Shown here piece after piece: positions 56,741-64,000 of a stretch of DNA of 64,000 nucleotides (within the stretch, counting starts at the first letter, position 1; every line of letters begins with the position of its first letter). Origin of the DNA: Octopus vulgaris (taxonomy: Eukaryota); the NCBI GenBank assembly GCA_951406725.2, contig OX597814.1, positions 41,974,001 through 42,038,000 on the forward strand, written 5' to 3'. A program made the translations under genes and the position numbers. The notes below the pieces were generated by a model. That model was given only the letters and a program-made list of their open reading frames with translations. It was not told where the DNA came from and did not search any database.

Positions 56741-59208
56741 TACAGGAGAAATGGAGAGTGGGTTATGGACTATTTATGCAAACGTTCTACGTGAATTTTC
56801 ACGATTCTCTTTCTCTAAGCAAAAAAAAGCTTAATGTGTGTCACCAACTGTCCACTTGATTGTCAGTCCCCTTCTTCAATGACATCATATTATATATATA
56901 TATATATATCTTTTATTGAGAAATTAACAAGAAATTATGCGGTATCAAGACTCCCATATTATCAGACGCAATACCCATATATCTCTAAGTGGGCATTGAT
57001 CAAGAGAGAGAAAGAGAGAGAGCGACAGTATTCACATGAAATGTGTGTATCCAATTGATGATCGACAGAACTTAATACATCTAAGGAAAAATCAAGTGCC
57101 TATTCGTGAACACAAAATTTCTGACTATTTAAAGCATGGAATTCAAAAACTGATTGTTGAAATTGCTATACCGGTATGCAGATTGAAGCAACCGTACCAT
57201 CATGAGAATTTTTTTTGTTATCCACAGCGACGCTAATGCCACAAAATTTGTCATTCAGGCGGGATTATTTCCAGACAATTTATACAATGTATATTAAAGC
57301 GAACACTGGAAATGTTATGAGATTTACTGGTGAAAAATAATTAGCAATTACAAAATTTGGTTTGGGTAATGTTAAGTTTTAATTAAATTTGATTATTTAT
57401 AGTTATTTTTTCTTCATAACATCAGTCATACCCGAAACATCTTATTTTGTTGATATTTCGCAAAATGTATTATCTCACATTCATATCAGTATTAACGAGA
57501 TTCACTTAGATTGAATTACACTAGAATATTCTATATTTGAATTGCGTGTGTGTATGTGTGTGTGTATGTGTGCGTGCGTGTGCCAGTTTGTATGTTGGTA
57601 TACTCTTGTAAACGAAGTTCTTGTTCAGTCTTGTGAAATTATATGCTACAACTCTGCAGATAAAGCAACTCACCAATCAGCTTTCACTATTTTGTCGTTA
57701 ATTGAAAATCTCATAGTTTATCGAATGTAGGGATGAATTTGAAAGACCACATAAAGGAATTTTATTTAAATGCAACGCTAAAATGGGCCTAATGACTAAT
57801 TTATGTATATGCATCTCGCCTTCAGGATTCTTACTCTCAAAGTGTGATCTCACAACTGGATATATTAGGCACGTAACTTCTCTTAAACGGTTGCTAAATT
57901 GTGTGAGCAAATGGAAAAGTTGGTAAGGTGTGAAAGTGCAGACCTCGACGATTATAGTTCACCTTTAAAGAACGTATAAATGTTAAAAATTATTTGAAAG
58001 ACTAATATTCTAACGTGATGTACAATATACAGAACGTGTCTTGAATATTTTATTGAACAACCTACTCAAACACTCATGAGTTTTTGAGTGCATAACATTT
58101 TATTAGGGGTACTAGAATGAATTTCATTGACAGCACATGATATGTAAGATCACAAAGAACAAATAGATTCAAAAGAATGATGCGAACTTTTTTCGACAAA
58201 ATACACTATAAACTATACATCATGAGTGAAATCGCAAGAAAATATGTGCATATTTTCAGTAAAACTTAGTTAGATGACAGTCATTGCTGTATATTTCCTT
58301 TCTGGACTTATGTGAATTGTAACTTCTGAAAATACAATACAATGAATGCGATGCGTGATGTAACTACAGAAAATATGCATCAGCAATACATCGGTATCAA
58401 ACTGCGACACGATTTCCAGCGTTATCCATCATAAACATGATTATTGTTAATGTTTTATACCCCCAAATCTTCAATAAAATGAAAACAGCTGCAACAGTGA
58501 TTTCCTGCAAATCAAAGTCATTCGATATTATTCTTAATCAGTTGTAGTTGCAGGTGGCAAATATTTTTTCTTTTTTATCCATACTATTGTATTTACTTCT
58601 GGTATTATTATTCTCATTGTAGACGTATGTGCTATTCGTGTTCATGATATTTGTATTTGTTGTCGTTTCAGCCGATATTGTATCCCTTGTATGAGAATCT
58701 CCATGTTTCAGTATACAAGATGGAAATCTCACATTGCATGGGTCTTAATTTCCTTTTGAATGTTAAATGCACAGAAATACTTAAATACATGCATACCTAA
58801 ATACATATATTCAATTCACACGCATACATATTTGTGGATGTATAGAAACTGATAGACACCGAGTGAGAAAGAGAAAGGGATACATGAAAGATTGATGGAT
58901 GAATGTTTATATATACGGATGACTATTTATCTTTTTGTGTGTAAGAATATATTTATCTTGATATAAGATAATTTTGATACAATGTATTACTATAATTATG
59001 GAACCATTATCAATATATATATCGTCCAGTCGCGTATTTAGAATCCCTTTTAATAAGTACGATATGCACAACATCATTGTATTTGGAGAAATTTAACGTA
59101 TTTTTTAGTTTAACCGTATATACAGTGTATATATTTATACGTACGGTCACTATCTACTCAATTTTCATGCACATACACACAAACATGCATCTCTCTCTCT
59201 ATCTATCT

Positions 59209-59291
<83 letters not shown>

Positions 59292-59439
59292 TACAGATAT
59301 AGATTTGTAAACGGTATTAACACCGTTTACAAACACTATGCTTGGAATAACCAATTTTAAATACTATTGGAACTTACTCACAAGGTACAGGAATCTTATA
59401 TATATATACCATTCTGCCTAAATAATGGAACTACAGATA

Positions 59440-59645
59440 TCCCTGCATATCTCACGTCTATTTTCATTCCTCCACTTCACTCTCTATTTCATATGTTAGC
59501 TGGAATTACTTTTGCTTGACGATTTTCTCACACCTTCTCCGATGAAGAGATATATAAAATATCCCGAAAACAGCTGCAAGATCTATTTATAAATGTTGTG
59601 AAATATTCCAGAGCCTCGGATTTTTATCTCATACTGTTAATTCTT
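59440..59645 (+). mobile_element. Second copy of the hammerhead-bearing Penelope-type pLTR family (single arm, degenerate core)
   Basis: tctcacgtctattttcattcctccacttc...ttctCCGATGAagagatat..atatcccGAAAACagctGCAagat...gatttttatctcat, colinear with 48488-48628 and with the reverse complement of 48271-48472. Confidence 0.75.
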
Positions 59646-59811
59646 TTTTATATATATACACATGCTGATATATGACCTACGTTGGACTCTTAATTCATAT
59701 AATCACCGAACCAGGAGCTTAAATATAGTCTGTCCACACCATTTACTCAGCATTACGTGACACCTTTTGGTATTATTGACACCATTACTTCTCCTAACGT
59801 CTCTCTCTCTC

Positions 59812-59883
<72 letters not shown>

Positions 59884-60331
59884 ACCAGGGGAGCATATGC
59901 AAACAAACGAATGTGCATGTAGTTCAAGTGTTAATTCTTCAGAATTTCGCAGCCTGTTAAATTCAATGGTCAGCTTTTTGTGGCATAATTTTAGGAAGTA
60001 TTACGAGTGATAAATATTGCTGACAGAAAATGCCCACCGATTCCCTTTATAGCCGTTACTTCCATAATATAGATCCTATAATATATGAATATCTTCAGAT
60101 GTTATCTTTGAGCCGGAATACACTTCGTCAAGTATTAAAGTAATCTTTTAAAGAACATAGCTATCAAAATGAGTGATTTGTTACGTTACATCTTCGTCAT
60201 CGAGCCGAAATACTTTTCTGAATGCAGTGGTCAATTAGAGAGCAATTGCTCTGGCCAGTCAGTCAATATATCAATAATTACAGGAGGAAAACAGTTCAGT
60301 TTTTTAAATAGATTATTGAACACTTCTATAT

Positions 60332-60685
60332 TTAAGAGATGAGGAATTATGTACATTATTTACATTTGACGGATATTTGCCCTTATCTTGTTTGTTGTTA
60401 ACACAACGTTTCAGGTGTCTTGGGAAATTTCCAATCTAGGTTCTTATTCCTAAGGTACTTTTTGATGGCATTATTCTTATTCTTCGTATTATTATTATTA
60501 TTCTGTTCACTGACTGGAATCGAACTCGGAATGTTGGGGTTTTTAGCCAGCGCTCTTAACCACTGCGCCATATGCTCGTAGGCAATTTTGGAGTGAATTT
60601 TAGGGCTTATAAATATAATAATCAGCCGAAACTTTGTGTTAACAAACAAAATGAGGAAAAAAATCCGTCAAATGTAAATAATGTA
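60332..60685. mobile_element. Inverted-repeat element (Penelope-like ends) enclosing a tRNA-like Pol III unit
   Basis: Arms 60352-60412 (tacattatttacatttgacggat...gttaacacaacgtttc) and 60628-60685 (gaaactttgtgttaac...atccgtcaaatgtaaataatgta). Confidence 0.8.
60508..60575 (-). mobile_element. tRNA-derived SINE-like head with (AAT)n tail
   Basis: Minus strand gcataTGGCGCAGTGGttaagagcgctggctaaaaaccccaacattccGAGTTCGATTCCagtcagtg: A and B boxes are present but no complete cloverleaf; followed by (AAT)n. Confidence 0.75.
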
Positions 60686-63600
60686 GATTAGAGTCTGTGC
60701 GCGCGCGTGTGTAGGGGTGTTTTTATGTATACATAATATCCTTGAACGTTCACTCCATCTCGACCTACGAGCCATCTTCTTCCTCGTTTATTCCCCAACG
60801 CTCTGGAATGTCTCTTCCTACATATCTCTGAACAACTAAGTATATTTCAACTTTTGATGATAACAGACTGATAATAATTTGAAAATATATATTCTTGAGA
60901 ATGAATATGAAATATTTTTATGTACTCAAAACCCACTAAAACGAAACAAGTTTCAGGCATCGAAATAGTTTGCATGTTTTGAATGAGAGGGACAGACATA
61001 TTTGGATCTTATTCATGCATTTGAAATAAAGAGTACCCACTATGATACGCTTGATATAAATATTCCTTTATCCGTATTTATTTCCAAGACAAAAATGTGA
61101 AACAGTTTGCTATTTAATTTTTTGCTTCTATGGTATACTATTTGTTAACTGAAACATTGTTTGTCACTATTATTGAAATGAAAAATATATCAAAATATCA
61201 ATCGAATGCTCAATTGTTCTTTTTTGATTGTATTTAAATTCCGCTTCTTCATGAAAATTTTAATTCTAAATACCTTTATAAAATATAACGTCTTGTGTTC
61301 ATCCATGTAGAATTAACCCAGCGATTTATATTAACTAAACATGATACAGCATATATATTCATGTCTATTGGCATACGATAAGAATTTCACATTTCCTTCT
61401 TTGTTTGTGAACAAATATAATAAAGGATGATATTCAATACTACTGCATTCTGCTGAATTTAAACTGAAAACATGTTATATCGGAGATATACATAAGCATA
61501 AAACATAAGAGATTGAATATGAAATTAAATAACTTCAAATTTATCACATAATGTTTCGGAAGTGTCGTTACAATTATAATATATTTTAATATATTTTATA
61601 TAACCACCAGGCTGGGAAAATGAAATGAAAAACACGAAATTTTGTTTTGCTTCGTTAGGTCAATATCCCCTTTCACTTCATTATATACTGATATCCTTGA
61701 ACACGTGGCTCCTTTTGCTTTTAGAATATCCTCAAATATAATATTTTTCCAGAACAATATTATTGATTAGAGAGAATAATAGAAATTGGATAAGACTGGG
61801 ATATAAAGATGTATATCTAAGTGATATAAGCGAAAATAATAGTGTTTATTTACAGCGGGATATGCACTGGGATGAATTGATTTTCTTCCTTATGCTATAG
61901 ACTTAATTTCATATCAAGATGGATTATAGAATACATTTTGATAATTAGACTGAGTTATCGATTGACTTTTAAGCTCCTTTTGGAATGCAGAATATTGCAA
62001 ATATTACATGTGTTTGTATATTAAGCGTACTCATGTTTATGATTTGCGGGATGTACAAAATAAGTATTGTTTCTTGCAATTTAAAGGAGAAGAAGCAATT
62101 TAATAGCTAATGATTTTGCACCAGCAATATATCTTATGATAATATTACATACATCATTGTGTCTGTTTTATTTTTATCATACAAGTATGTACACGTGCTG
62201 GTGCCCCTACACAAACACACATATGCTTGTACATGTGTTTGAATAATTATACATTTGTATGTGTATACAAATATTTTAAACTCTCTAAATTTGAAGTTAG
62301 AGAGTGAACAATCACACAGAAGCGTTTATAGAATATAAGTGCACACGCACACATATACACACACCCATTCAAACAGTAACACTAATGAAATACACACACT
62401 TATTCTGTCGTATTGCAAGAGAATTCACACACGTGTACGTTTTCACATTACACTCATATAAATGAATACCTCAATGAATTCAGAAACTCAAGAAAAGTCA
62501 TTGCTTAGACAAAAGCGTTTTGCTACTTATTCAGTAGTCGGTTTGAATTTCGGCAAAAGAAATCTTCTCATATACACATGCATACATACATACATACAGA
62601 CATACATACAATCATACATACATACATACACACATACATGCATTTGGGGAAAGAAATCAAGGAATTAGCTAACATATTACAAATCCAATATATAAGTGAA
62701 ACAATAAAAATATTCAAGGTTCTTCTGAAGTTTAAAACGTTACTTTATGTTTTTGTAATTTACATTCTAACGATGGAGCTGGGTTTCTTTGTTAGCAGTT
62801 ATATCTTCCTCAGGTAAGAATTTAAATAATTAAAAGCAGACAAGAACATACATGCATACAAACCTAAATACATACATACGTAAGTACATCGGTACATACG
62901 TAGAAAAGATAGAAAAACGATTATGTCTTTTTTTTTTTGAATTTCTGACCGTTTTGTTTAGAATAACAATCTGAAATAACGTAGAAACAGCACTTCATTT
63001 TTGAAAGACTTATATTACTTTTATCGAATTAACAACAAAAATACATAAAGATTCCACAATGAGATTCAGCTATGAGAATAAGATCTTCAAGAAATAGAAG
63101 TGCCTTCCCATGAATACTCAATCTTAAACTCATCTGTGATGGCCTCGGAAGAAACTAAGAGCTAAACATTGATGGAAAACGTTTCATTATAATTTTGCTA
63201 GTTTTTGACACCACAACAACGAAATTCTGCCATGCTTTTTTCTATAAAGCAGAAACAATATTCTCAAGAACAAATTATACCAACTGATTCAAGATGGGAA
63301 AGAGAACGAACATGGTGTAATATATAAAATATGTACTATTTGTAAAATAATGAATAAAGATGAAGACTTTCAAACATATCGACTTGAAAATTATGTACAG
63401 AAAATTACTTAATGTATAACTATTATGCAGCAGTTCGATTAGTGGTAAATAATACCAGTTTGTTGCCTATAAAAATGAAAAAAAAAATGTTTGTAACACA
63501 CAATATATTGAACATAGTTCGATATGTTGTTTATATACAATTTGAGTATATTTCAAATAGTTAGGAAATAAAACCACAATATGTCCAGCAGTATCTAAAT

Positions 63601-64000
63601 GTCATAACGTTGAAAGAAATACGCTGATGTGAATCAATAACGACATATGACTGGTCATTTAAGAAACGAAGAATATATCAAGACTGCCTAATAAAGGGTT
63701 TAGAAAGATTGATGTTATAATATACTCAGAAATCGAACGTTTCTTCTTTACAGAATTCTTATTGAAGTTGTCGTTATTATCGCATTTCTTTAAGATTTAG
63801 TATTTTCACATTAAACGAGCAACTTATTGCAGTCTGATCAAGAAACTATCTCAGTCGTTATTATCTTTAATTGGCTATTTAAGGCATTCCTCAGCAAGCA
63901 CCCTCTATAATTTCCCTTTATATTTACGGATGGCAAAACCTATCAATTTATTTCAGATGTAAGGAATTTATATTAACCAGATTTCTTCATATCATGATTT

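Overview
AT-rich, microsatellite-saturated animal genomic DNA. The SINE families and repeat landscape look like a coleoid cephalopod, most likely Octopus (recognition from memory, not a database result). No intact protein-coding gene, rRNA, true tRNA or CRISPR array is supported, and most ORFs in the supplied track are read-throughs of simple repeats. The window holds many decayed mobile elements: R4/Dong-type non-LTR retrotransposon fragments (zinc knuckle plus restriction-like endonuclease), an ORF1-only L1/Tx1-like element, RTE and CR1-type LINE 3' ends, a Penelope GIY-YIG fragment, three Tc1/mariner fossils and at least three tRNA-derived SINE families. The most interesting signals are: (i) (TA)n-associated fold-back elements of probable Penelope origin with minimal hammerhead-ribozyme cores, one also enclosing a Pol III tRNA-like unit; (ii) a 3' tail shared by the ORF1-only element, a LINE end and a SINE that appears to have inserted into a relative with a 13-bp duplication; (iii) a few isolated plus-strand exon candidates, suggesting the window may lie in the long introns of a host gene. 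Element boundaries are approximate and all translations were done by hand.
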